NCBI RefSeq assembly: GCF_006345805.1
Contig: NC_043004.1
Location: 46,066,001 to 46,130,000, forward strand
DNA: 64,000 nucleotides
Direction: 5' to 3'
Source: Octopus sinensis
Lineage: Eukaryota
A program made the translations under genes and the position numbers. Of the stretch, positions 52,441 to 64,000 are shown one piece after another. Numbering within the stretch: the stretch's first letter is position 1; every line of letters starts with the position of its first letter. The notes under the pieces were generated by a model. That model was not told the origin of the DNA and did not search any database. It saw only the letters and a list, made by a program, of their open reading frames with translations.

Positions 52441-52453
52441 TATCTATATATAT

Positions 52454-52502
<49 letters not shown>

Positions 52503-52503
<1 letters not shown>

Positions 52504-53162
52504 GAGGGAACTAAAAAATTATCCGCACTTTCATATCTTTATGTTTGTCACACTGCATTCTGCGCATGCGTGCTTATAGTTGGTACTGTTGTAATCACAT
52601 GATCGAAGCTTGCATGTGATCGAACCATTTTTATTTCTGGCTTTACAGTGTAAGCACAGCCACGCCACTAGCAATACGCACCAAAGACGAGTAAAGAACA
52701 GTGGTACGATTTCTCTGCTCGGACGGTGTGTCAGGTACTGTAATTCATCGGAGGCTTTTAGAACAATAAGAGTACAGTGCACTACCGCATAGAAGTATGT
52801 ATGAGTGGATTGAAAAGTTTAAAAGTGACCGGACATGCATGAGGCGCGAATAGGGAACAGGACGCCCGTCAATCTCCAATAATAACGAGGTGATTCAGTA
52901 AGCTCGAGAGATGGTAAATTTGAACAGGTTCACCATTACTATCTATTGGATCACTGCTTTTTGTTCTTCTCTGATGCACATTGCTAGAACAGCGGACATG
53001 CTTACACTGTAAATCCAGAAAGAAAAGTTGCACGATCAGGTGCAAGCTTCGATTACGTGGCCACAACAGCACCAACTATAAGCACGCATGCGCAGAAGGT
53101 AGTGTGTCAATAATAAAGATGTATCGTGGCGAAAGTGCGGATACTTTTTTGACTTACCGTCG
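52503..53162 (+). mobile_element. Mariner-derived element built from two facing left ends
   Basis: TA-CGAGGG..CCGTCG-TA. Transposase HTH relic RTVVRFLCSDGVSGTVIHRRL..MYEWIEKFKSDR..GRPS. 52929-53162 is an inverted diverged copy of the left ~230 bp. Confidence 0.82.
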
Positions 53163-53165
53163 TAT

Positions 53166-53409
53166 ATACTCTCTTTTACTCTTTTATTTGTTTCAGCCAT
53201 TGACTGCGGCCATGTTGGAGCACCGCCTTTAATCGAGCAACTCGAACCCCAGGACTCATTCTTTGTAATCCCAGTACTTATTCTATCGGTCTCTTTGTCC
53301 GAACCGCTAAGTGACAGGGATATAAACACACCAGCATCGGTTGTCAAGCAATGCTAGGGGGACAAACACAGACACACAAACACACACATACATATATATA
53401 TATATATAA

Positions 53410-53447
<38 letters not shown>

Positions 53448-53616
53448 TATATACGATAGGCTTCTTTCAGTTTCCGTCTATCAAATCCACTCACAAGTAT
53501 ATGGTCGGCCCGAGGCTATAGTAGAAGACACTTGCCCAAGATGCTACGCAGTGGGATTGAACCTGGAAGAATGTGGTTGGTAAACAAGCTACGTACCACA
53601 CAGACACTCCTGCGCC
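53166..53616 (-). mobile_element. Full-length SINE family A
   Basis: Reverse complement of the 43416-43820 copy. Confidence 0.92.
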
Positions 53617-54247
53617 TATATATATATATATATATATATAATTTAAAGGAAGAAGTCGAATTGGCATTGCGATTGTTTCCGTAAACGGAGGATATCCTTT
53701 ATTCTCTATCTCATCCAATGTTATGTAGCTCATGCCATACTATATGGAATTACGTAATAATAAGCCTACAGTCCATTTGTTTCCATAGTTGTGTTGACTG
53801 GAAGGCATAATCGACGGAATTAATATTTTGCGATGAATTAATTTGGGCGTGGTTACAATATGTAAATAAACCGAATACTTAATGCTTTCACTTAATACCT
53901 CGAAATTTTAAGATAACTAATAATAATAAAAGGTATAGAAAGAATTAAATCAGAATAAAATCAAAAGCATGTCCGTTCGGATTTATCGTAAAGATCAAAG
54001 CATTTATCGTGCAACGACAATCAGCCATTTATTGACTTTTATGGCGAAATTGTTAGTAGGATCGATAACCAGGATTATAATTATCAGCTATATCACTCTG
54101 TCTGTGTGTCTCTGTCTTTCTGTCTGTCTGTCTCTCGCTGTTGCTGTATATATATATATATATATATAATTGAATATATATATGTATGTATATGTATATA
54201 CATATATGTATGTGTGTGTTTATGTATGTGTCCAAACATATATATGC

Positions 54248-54280
<33 letters not shown>

Positions 54281-54298
54281 TATATAAATATATACACC

Positions 54299-54330
<32 letters not shown>

Positions 54331-55178
54331 TACACATATATACATATACACACATTTGTGAATGTGTGTATATTTGTCGGTGTCTTTCTACCTGCGTGCG
54401 TGTGTGCCTGCTTGTGTCTGTCTGTATGCGTACGTGTGTGAGTGTATATGTGTGTGTAGCATTATCTTGTGACCTTGACCATACACTGTATTACTAGTAA
54501 TTTACCGAAAGGTAAATGCTTGTCTGGCCTTTTAGCTACTTTTAATATATGTGCTGATGCCGAAGCTATTTCTAAATAAACCTGATCGTAAGTGGATGAT
54601 GTACAATTTTTTTATTATTTCTTCCCGAATACCACATGGACCAGTCCATTCTTGGACAAATACCATGAGCATGTAGAGAAAAACCTGTAACGAAAAGCTA
54701 TTTCCTGTTTTCAGTTTTCTCGTAGAAATTTCGTAAAGTATCGGTGAAAGTTTTGAGGCAGTCCTTTCATATCACAACTTAAATTTCGCTGGAGTACAGC
54801 TCTGCTAAACAAAGCATTAGGAAAATTATATCTTGTTATCAAAAGATGCCGATAATGGATTATTTATGTGCAATTTCTCAAAAGTGGCAATTATGCTCAC
54901 CGTTGGAATGGTTCATCTCTACTATGCTAGTCATATACTTGATCTTGAATTATCCAGACAAAACTAGGTCAAAGAGGTGGAAATTTCCCAGTCTTTCGGT
55001 ATGAAGCTTTGCATATGTTAAACATAATGCATTTTAATATTGTCACTGACGGTGAGTTAGCGATATCTGGAATCATCTTTTGAAGGGCAGGGATCTAAAT
55101 GTTTAAAACATACTAAGCAATTCATTGGAGCATGACCCGCTTATTACGTAATTTGCAGCAAGCTCATACACGTATATT

Positions 55179-56433
55179 CGTAAGGGTAAGACAGTACTCA
55201 CGCTACTATTCAAGAAATTTAAAACAATTTTGCAAATAAGTATATATTTCATTGTTTCAAATATAAAACTGTACCTTGCAAATTTGTCATAGAGAAATGA
55301 AGTACGATCTAATAAACATACATTCTAGAATTTTCTGTTGAAAATGAATGTTCCATTTTGTGCACACAAGGTGTGTGCTTGCGGCATTAGAGAGTAAAAG
55401 AATCCACCCTCTAACTTGGCAGTTATTTGTGTTGCATTTTATTCTCCAGAAACAAGGCTTTATAATCGACTTGCCACGAACTGGGACACTACGTTCCATC
55501 CGAACTTCAGGAAACAGGAATCGCTTGAGAAAAATATTCGGCAAGATGCAACAACATCCACGAGATACCCCTCTCGTGAGCGTGATATCCACAAAATATC
55601 ATTACAGCGATTTAAAAGGATTTGCATTCGTACCCATAGAAGCTGCAGTTAGTGCAAGAGATGAAGATGTTAGATAACCAGCGATGACAGAATTATGCTG
55701 TTCATTTGCAAGATATAGCAGGAGACCAGTGAATTTATTCACAAAATAATTGTGGATGATGAAACCTATTTTCCCAATTGCAGATAACGGTGAAGAGAGC
55801 ATCTGGGAGTAATCTATCAGTGTTGAATGCAGCCACCCAAAGCCAAAGTTTATTGTGGGTCAACTAGAAAAAATAATCCGACCAAACCTTTTCTAGTATT
55901 AAAAGGGTAATGCCTTGTCGGCAACTGGTGCCTGATACCGAGAGATTTTAGAGCAATTTGTTCGTGCAGCTATTTGGAACACCTTGGAGGTTTCGTGGCA
56001 GCAAGATGGAGCAACTCCTATCCTGCAAGAGACAGTATGCAGCTCCAGAGGAAGTTCAAATGTAGCATATTTCGACTGGCCACCGAAATCTCTTGATCTC
56101 ACTACACCAGATATTTTTCCTGTAGAGCTATCAAACAATTGTATGTACAATAACGAACATCACAGTATGCAGCAGCTGCAGGAAAACGTACGAACAGAAA
56201 TTCCCGCACTGGGATGGTATAAGCTGACCCATGTCATGGAAAATGCACTTGAAAAGTTGCGCCCATGTGAAACGGCACATTGAGATCATTTTTGGGACAT
56301 CGTCATTTATAATTAGACTAAAAAAAAAAATAAAATGTTATATTGCCATTCACAGAAATGTTCTTTCAGAAATAAGTCAATAGTGAAAAGTTATTCAATT
56401 TTTAAATGGTAGCCTGACTTATAGTCCACCTTC
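55179..56433 (+). mobile_element. Decayed Tc1/mariner-superfamily transposon (maT/rosa-like DDD type)
   Basis: SWQQDGATP and DWPPKSLDLTTPDIF motifs. Left TIR relic CAGTACTCACGCTACTATT at about 55192; right end ..AAATGGTAGCCTGACTTATAGTCCACCTTC-TA. About 1.25 kb. Confidence 0.78.
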
Positions 56434-56564
56434 TATATATACATATATGTGTATACACATGATCGAATATATATATATATCCGTGAATCTGTGTGTCTGT
56501 TTGTTTGCGTGTGTGCGTGCATGCAGATATATGCATGCACATTCACACAAACTTCACACATATA

Positions 56565-56624
<60 letters not shown>

Positions 56625-57041
56625 TATATATATATGTATATATAAATTTCAAGAGGCGTGCAGCAAAATATTCAAATCGCTAATGAATGTAAGTATTGGG
56701 GGGTGTGATATCCTTCGATGCTTAAATCTCACCTTAGATGTTGTACAAACAAGACTAAAAACCCTTTCATATTGTGTAATTAGAGACTATAGCGCTCGTT
56801 ATAATGAATAAAAGAAGTAAAAAGTAAAGACAGTGTAGTCATTACGTCTCTCATTTGCGACAAAGATGAAAGTATTTTTCGAAACATTAGGTTTATTTGC
56901 TTTTGAATTAAGTTCTCTTTATCATTTATTACCCGGTTCTTCACGAATTCACCTATTTCGTGTGTTGCTCTCATCATCTCTAATAGCTCGGCTTTCATCG
57001 TTATTATATATTCAAACATTACGTATATCTATGCATGTATG

Positions 57042-57083
<42 letters not shown>

Positions 57084-57186
57084 TATTATATATATATATA
57101 TATATATATACATATATATATCGATTTGTGCGTTGTGTATCTATGGAGATTATGTGTATTCATACATGTAAGCTAAGATCTACCTA

Positions 57187-57237
<51 letters not shown>

Positions 57238-57393
57238 TTGTATGTATATTTGTATGTATATATGTGTATATATGTTATATGCATATATATATATATACAC
57301 ATATATAAACATATATGAATATATATATGTATATATATATATATATATACACACACATACACACACACACACACACCACACACACACACACAC

Positions 57394-57436
<43 letters not shown>

Positions 57437-57688
57437 TTATATACATATACTATTTAAAGTAATAAAGTGTTGAATATTGGGGAGAGAGCAACAAAAAATA
57501 TTGACAGACATCTATGTGTGAATATACAAAAAATAAATAAATAAATAAATAAAGCGACACACTCATATATAAATCTCTCTGTCTTTATCTCTCTCTCAAT
57601 ATACATATATATATGCGTGTATTTGTGTGTGTGTGTGTGTGTATGTGAGCACATGCGTCTATGTGTGTGCACATATAAGTATTCACAT

Positions 57689-57756
<68 letters not shown>

Positions 57757-58398
57757 CATATATATATATATACATACATATATATATATAAATAGATATG
57801 AATATATTTATATATACATCATCTATTCGTATGATATGCTTAAGTAGTCCCACACGTACATACGGAATGGTTCTATTCATCACAATCTACGCATATAGAT
57901 ATACCATTAAAACATTACGAAACCTTTTAACATCCTTCTTAATGATTCAGCCACGAATGAAGTCAGACGTAAAACGTGTTTTTCGTTGACGAAAAGGTGT
58001 CAGTTGGAATTATATGAATGATAAATGGAATCAATACAGAATCAATAAGTGAAAAGAAGTAGCTAGCTTTCTTTCCCACAACTCATCAATATCATAGTCA
58101 GTCCTCGCAATTGATATTTACAATCAACAAAATAAAAAAAAAAGCGTTAAAGTGTTTTTTCTTGTTTTTGTTTATTATTTCGTTTGCTTTCTAAATCGTT
58201 AAGCTTGCCGTCTTGTGTGTGTGATAAGGCAATTTCATTAAAATTTCATTATCAAAGTTGACGCCTCCACCAGCAAACGTTTATATGTATTTCTTTTTTA
58301 TACGTACAAACTAAACGAAAATAAAAAGAAAATGTGTAATAAAATAAGGCTAAAAAATATCCTAATGCTGTGAGCTATCAGTGGATGAAACGATAAAT

Positions 58399-58477
<79 letters not shown>

Positions 58478-58908
58478 GAGATGAAATAAAAATCATTATA
58501 GCGCCTCAAATCAATACAATCGATATATTTTTCAATCATAGCAATTCTATGATCTTTGCAGCACCAATTTGTAGATATGACCTTCAAATTGCAATTAAAT
58601 CACTGTGTAAAAATATCGGTGTTATTGTTGATTGTTAGTGATGGTTGATGAGTTTTTTGGCTTATTATTTTTATACAAATATTTTATGTTGATTTAATGA
58701 TATTATAGAATGACAGAATCAACTACACCCCCCACACGCACACACTCGCACACATGTATATATGTGTGTGCGTGTACGTACGCACATATATATATGTATA
58801 TATATATATATATATATACATATACATACAGAGAAAGAGACAGAGGAATATAAAATATAAATCTATACAGACGCACGAGCGGACACACATACACACACAC
58901 ACACACAC

Positions 58909-58965
<57 letters not shown>

Positions 58966-59349
58966 ATATTGTATGCATATCAGTTAAATGATCTTCAAAA
59001 CACATGCAATCGTATGAAAGTCATTCTGAATAGACCTCAAAATATGCATGTGCTCTGCTCTTATCCTATGCAGTTACGCCCCCGTGTAACATTGTGCATG
59101 TCTCTATACTCATACACATCTGTGTGTTGCGGATGTTGGTGTATACGTGATTTAATGAATGCCTGCATAGCCGAGCTTATATTCAGCACATGCATTTTAT
59201 ATCATATATGCATTTTATTGCTTTGGATTATTCTGCTGCTATGCTTACCTAAAACATTCAGTTTAGTCGCCACAGCTTGATAATTCAATTTGTGTGATGA
59301 ACACACTGCGCTACATGACTATACAGATATATTCATACATACCTGCATA

Positions 59350-59445
<96 letters not shown>

Positions 59446-59539
59446 CACATCCATACATACACAAACACACGCACTCACACACATATATTAATATTTATAT
59501 TTATACTTGTATATACAACCCTTTCACCGCCCAAAGAAA

Positions 59540-60130
59540 TGTCGTACGGGCTGTCCTAAGGTACCACCTTTATAGGGTTCTGTCAGGAGCAAACTCCTGC
59601 TGGATTGTTGAGCTTCACTAACTGAGACTAAGTATATTATAAATCCATATCACTTGTGCTATTCCCTAGCTCTCCCGCAATCTGTATTTCTTGCGACATT
59701 TTAACCACATATCCATTGTACAGAATCTGTGAAGAAGTCGCAAATTGAGCTAAAAGAATGTCTGACCTTCAAAATATATACCATGTCCAGTAATGTTAAT
59801 TCAGAGATCCTTCGAAGAAAAAATATTTCTTTGTTCGTGAATGTATGAGATATTACACAGCGTCCACTAAAATAGGTGACGATAGGTATGAAAACACAGT
59901 TAAACATAGTGTGGCCTTTATATCAACCACTTCTCTTCTGAGGTTCGAATGCTGTAACTGGCCCATTACTACACCAGCACCTGCAATTCGATTATTCAAT
60001 TCCTCATCCTGCCCAGCGATCGCACTCAAATACAACTCCTACATACATAAATTTTCCACTGTATCATATAACCATCTTGTAAGCTTGTACACCGTCTTGT
60101 GAAATCCAGCTGTATCTGTGCTTTTCCCGT
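59540..60130 (-). mobile_element. RTE-clade LINE fragment (RT C-terminal region)
   Basis: YLSAIAGQDEELNNRIAGAGVVMGQL and VFIPIVTY..KEIFFLRRISELTLLD match RTE motifs EI..RIGKA, VPILTY and EMRFLRRI. Confidence 0.8.
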
Positions 60131-60475
60131 ATGTAGTAGTGGATTTCACCGATAATCCACATCTTTTCTCGTAGTTGTATGGTTTCTGCATGTTATATTG
60201 AGTTTCAATTGAAGAATAACTATGTCTCTTTCAAGATTAACTTTTGCACCTATAAATGAAGACTAGAAAATTGGCCTACTTTCATTTACACGCTTATGAA
60301 GGGGTTGCGCTTGTGTTTAATAGCATTAAAGTTACCGAATGTTTCACTGCGGCGCGAGTCAGTTCTGTGTAGCAAATCAATCTCGCGACTGCGCTTTTCG
60401 CATAAACTAACCAAGGAAAATATATGAATGTCAGCTTCATTCACGTTTTTTCCTGTTCCTTTATATTGTTGAGCA

Positions 60476-60806
60476 GGCGCATGGCTCAGTGGTTAGAGCG
60501 TTGAGCTTACGATCGTGAGGTTGTGAGCTCGAATCCCGGACCGGGCTGCGTGTTGTGTTCTTGAGCAAGGCACTTTATTTCACGTTGCTGCAGTTCACTC
60601 AGGTGTAAAAATGAGTTGCGACTGGTGCCAAGCTGTATCAACCTTTGTCTTTTCCTTGGATAACGTTGGTGGCGTGGAGAGGGGAGGCTGGTATGCATGG
60701 GCAACTGCTGGTCTTCCATAAACAACCTCGCCTGGACTTGTGTCTAGGAGGGTAACTTTCTAGGTGCAATCCCATGGTCTGTGTCGTGACCGAGGGGGGG
60801 CTCCGA
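60476..60806 (+). mobile_element. tRNA-derived SINE family C with 12-bp TSD
   Basis: A box TGGCTCAGTGG and B box GCTCGAATCCC; central TGTGTTCTTGAGCAAGGCACTTTA..CACTCAGGTGTAAAAATGAGT resembling Meta/V-type cores; TSD TATATTGTTGAG at 60462-60473 and 60807-60818. Confidence 0.88.
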
Positions 60807-61510
60807 TATATTGTTGAGTAAAATATTTATATAGCAGTGGGGAGTGGTTTCCGTTAATGTGCTGTGCTACATGAGTTGCGATATTATACTCAATGTGTCT
60901 TCCGTGGAATATGTCTTATAGCTATTGTATTGAGTATGCGAACAGTACACAGTTTGTTTGATGTTGAATGTTGTTCATCATGCTTTATTTCACGAGATCA
61001 TATCATCAAAAAACTTTATTTCTTTCAAATGAAAACAAAGGTCAAGAATACATTTTAGCTTCATGGGTTCAGTTCATTGACTGTATTGTATGCATGAAGA
61101 AGGTACGGGCTTTCAAGCTATTGCTGTCAACCTTGTGGCTAAATTGCACTAGCTGGTTCCTAATACAGATCCGACTTTTTCACCAGTTGTCACAACTTGG
61201 ATGCTTTACTAGCTAGGAGCTAAGACTTTGCCTATATCTGCTCACGACAATCTAAGAACCGAAAGCAAATGGCAAAAGTATGTGACATACTACCACTACC
61301 ATACTCGTTCGTGAGTGGAGGCTGGCAACACTAAATAAGTCTTCTAAGATTTATGCTTAATGGTATGTACTTACTATAGATGTCCGTATCAGTTCTGTAT
61401 GTCTGAGGTCAATATAGCAAAGAACCGCATCTCATTGGGAAAGATGACAAAGAACTCATTACCGTCGAGACGGTAGAGAGTTTACAAGAAAAAACCTGCC
61501 ACAATTATCC

Positions 61511-61733
61511 TTTTACTCTCTTACTTATTTCAGCCATGTGACTGCAGCCATGCTGGAGTAAGGCCTTATTGGGCTTTAGTCGAAGAAATCAACCTCTGTC
61601 CTTATTCTCTGTAAGCCTTGTACTTATATCTATTCTACCTCTCTCTTTTGCTGAACCACCAATTTATCGGGACATACGTACACCAGCATCGGTTGTCAAG
61701 CGATGACGGGGCGATGGGACACACACACATACA

Positions 61734-61765
<32 letters not shown>

Positions 61766-61900
61766 CGACAAGCGTCATTCAGCTTCCGTCGACCCGAAGT
61801 TATAGTAGAAGACACCTACCCAAGGTTCCATGCAGTGGGACTGAACCTGGAACCATATGGTTGGGAAGCAAGCTTCTTACCACACAGCCATGTCTGCGTC
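61511..61900 (-). mobile_element. Diverged full-length SINE family A
   Basis: Tail, body and head all match the other copies; a further fragment lies at about 62915-63010. Confidence 0.88.
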
Positions 61901-64000
61901 TAATTGTTCATGAAATATTATAACCTACCTAACATGAAATATTATAACCTTCAACAATGTATAAAATGTATTTGTAGAGAGAGTGAGGCATGAAGAAACA
62001 AATAACCATAAATTTGATCTCCTTTATATTTGAGATTTTCCATATCGTTTTTCAAAGCATGCTGCATAGTGTAGACTTGCACCAATTTCACACACAGACA
62101 GCATTCAAACATAATTCCGTATGGTAAATCAGATATGGAGAAAAGCTAGATTACAGCATTTCATTGGACTGGTATAAAAAAAGGGACATACGCACAAACT
62201 CAAGCATACGTTCGAAGCTTACAAAAATTACAAAGTTTATCATATTCATCTCCATAAATGTAAACACACCTGTAAATCAACGTCAGTTATACGTCTGTAA
62301 AAGGAAAGTGATTGGATGGATATAGAAAGAGGTGTCGACCAATGTGATTTTAACCTAGGCTATTTTCAGTGTACCACGTAGCATACGACGAAGTAAGGAG
62401 GATTAAAAATTATAAAGCATACACACTCACGCACACATATATGTGCGCACACGCAAACATACATACACATACATATATGTACGAATGTATTTATTTTGCC
62501 TTTGTGTGCATGTATGCATACCTACATATATACATATATATATGCATGTATGTATATGTATATCTATCTATCTATCTATATATATATATATAGTAAAGGG
62601 ATGGAAAATATCTGCCACTAAGTGATGATATTAAATGTTTCTGATTATAACAACATAAAGTCTCGGCCGTAAAATGGATGTCAACCAGATACCGTAGTCA
62701 TTAACCAATAAACCTAAAGATATATTTGTTCCCTGAGTTTCCGACCGACATTTCAATTCTTCTATCCACCAAACCTGTAGACTTATTGAATAATCGCATT
62801 AGTAGCCGAGTCATGTGTAACCTTAAAGAATATCTTCGGTAGAATCAGCGTGGCACAGCATGAGATGACCGAACATGTGACTCACGAGTTCACTACCTCC
62901 GGCAGTCTTTTAGACTTTAGACGTTTGTTGTTTGTAAGCATAGTACTTATTCTACCACTTTCTTTTGCCAAAACGCTAAGTTAACGGGACATACGTACAC
63001 CGGCATCGGGTTACCTTGTACCCTATTTTCCTCATAAACTAAGAGTAGATCTAAAGTTAAGGAAAATCTTATATGACAAACATAGTAAACACCACCCGGG
63101 TATTATGTGTATAAAACGAGCTACGTAATCATTTCATTCGGCCACACTTCTACAAGTAACATTCGGCCACACTTCTACAAGCTGATGCCATGGAGTAGAA
63201 TCAAAACAGAGACTTCATGACCATGAGAATATCATTCTTCCAAACAAAAATATATGAACAATAAAAGTAGATAAAAAAATTAGTAATAGGATGACATGCA
63301 TCACATCAGCATAATAAGAGTTATTAGAAGATGTAAAGAAATAAAGTGGGCTAAAATCGGGTCGATAAATCAACTTTAATGGAAACACCTCTTCAAGCCA
63401 GGAGTAAACAATAAATGTTTGGAAAAAGAAAGTATAAATATACACGACCGTTTTTCACTAAAGTATATAGAAGACATCAATAGGCTAACTGACCGAATTT
63501 TCTCAGTGTGAGGACAATAATTGAAGAAAACTCTATTCGTATATAAAAGGCTAAAGCGTCCCTTACATTCTTTCAAGATATTTGAAGTAAAAGGTATTAT
63601 ACTAAATTGTGAAAAAGATAAAAGACCTCTCCGAACTCAAAGGAAATGAAAGGGAAGTTATTGTGTAAAAAAATGGGGAGGAAATAAAACGAATAGAATA
63701 TGAAAGAAATAGGAGGAGATCCGTGAAGTGAAAGAAATCTTAAAATAATTGGTCAATAAAAAGCTATGTCAGATAAGATGTGAAGAACTGTTTTCCTTCA
63801 CACTGAATCGTGTTTCTGAAACGAATACTAAAATATTCTGGAAGATCAATAAAAAATAAGAGAAACATAGAAGATACACGAACAGCAACATAAATACTTA
63901 CATTTTTGGAGAACATGTGGAAAGAACATTTACAACATAATGAAGCGATAAAATGAATTATGATTGTGAGAGAAAAGAAAATTACAATAGCAGTGCTATG

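Noticed and set aside
54582-54684. Minus-strand candidate exon (GFSLHAHGICPRMDWSMWYSG..)
   Set aside because: Weak donor, two open frames, no recognisable protein and no linked exons.
60476-60550. tRNA-like sequence
   Set aside because: It is the head of a SINE with a body and TSD, and lacks a proper acceptor stem.
61059-61102. Candidate exon SWVQFIDCIVCMKK
   Set aside because: Modest acceptor, and its phase does not join directly to the other candidates.
63190-63990. A-rich stretch that might be an old LINE
   Set aside because: No diagnostic motif in any frame.

Overview
AT-rich eukaryotic genomic DNA, most likely octopus or another coleoid cephalopod. This is inferred from the SINE families and the dense (AT)n, (CA)n, (TAA)n and (CTAT)n microsatellites; no search was run. 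No intact host gene, rRNA, tRNA or CRISPR array is recognisable. Almost all ORFs in the track are microsatellite translations or broken transposon frames. The window is a graveyard of mobile elements: a near-complete RLE-type (R4/Dong-like) non-LTR retrotransposon (20925-24880, minus) plus three 5'-truncated relatives, all embedded in (TAA)n; two Penelope-like relics; several decayed hammerhead-ribozyme-bearing pLTR-type fragments next to (TA)n; Tc1/mariner elements; Helitron pieces; RTE and CR1/L2-type LINE ends; three tRNA-derived SINE families; and MITEs or foldbacks. The most interesting leads are: (1) an 8-kb array of TAA-targeted elements containing an unexplained ~550-bp non-coding passenger element; (2) a Naiad-like Penelope relic with an in-frame TGA at a Cys-type position, possibly a selenocysteine remnant; (3) shared SINE/LINE 3' tails; (4) a phase-compatible chain of small candidate exons that may belong to a long-intron host gene on the + strand. 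Element boundaries were read by eye and are approximate unless a TSD or TIR is quoted.
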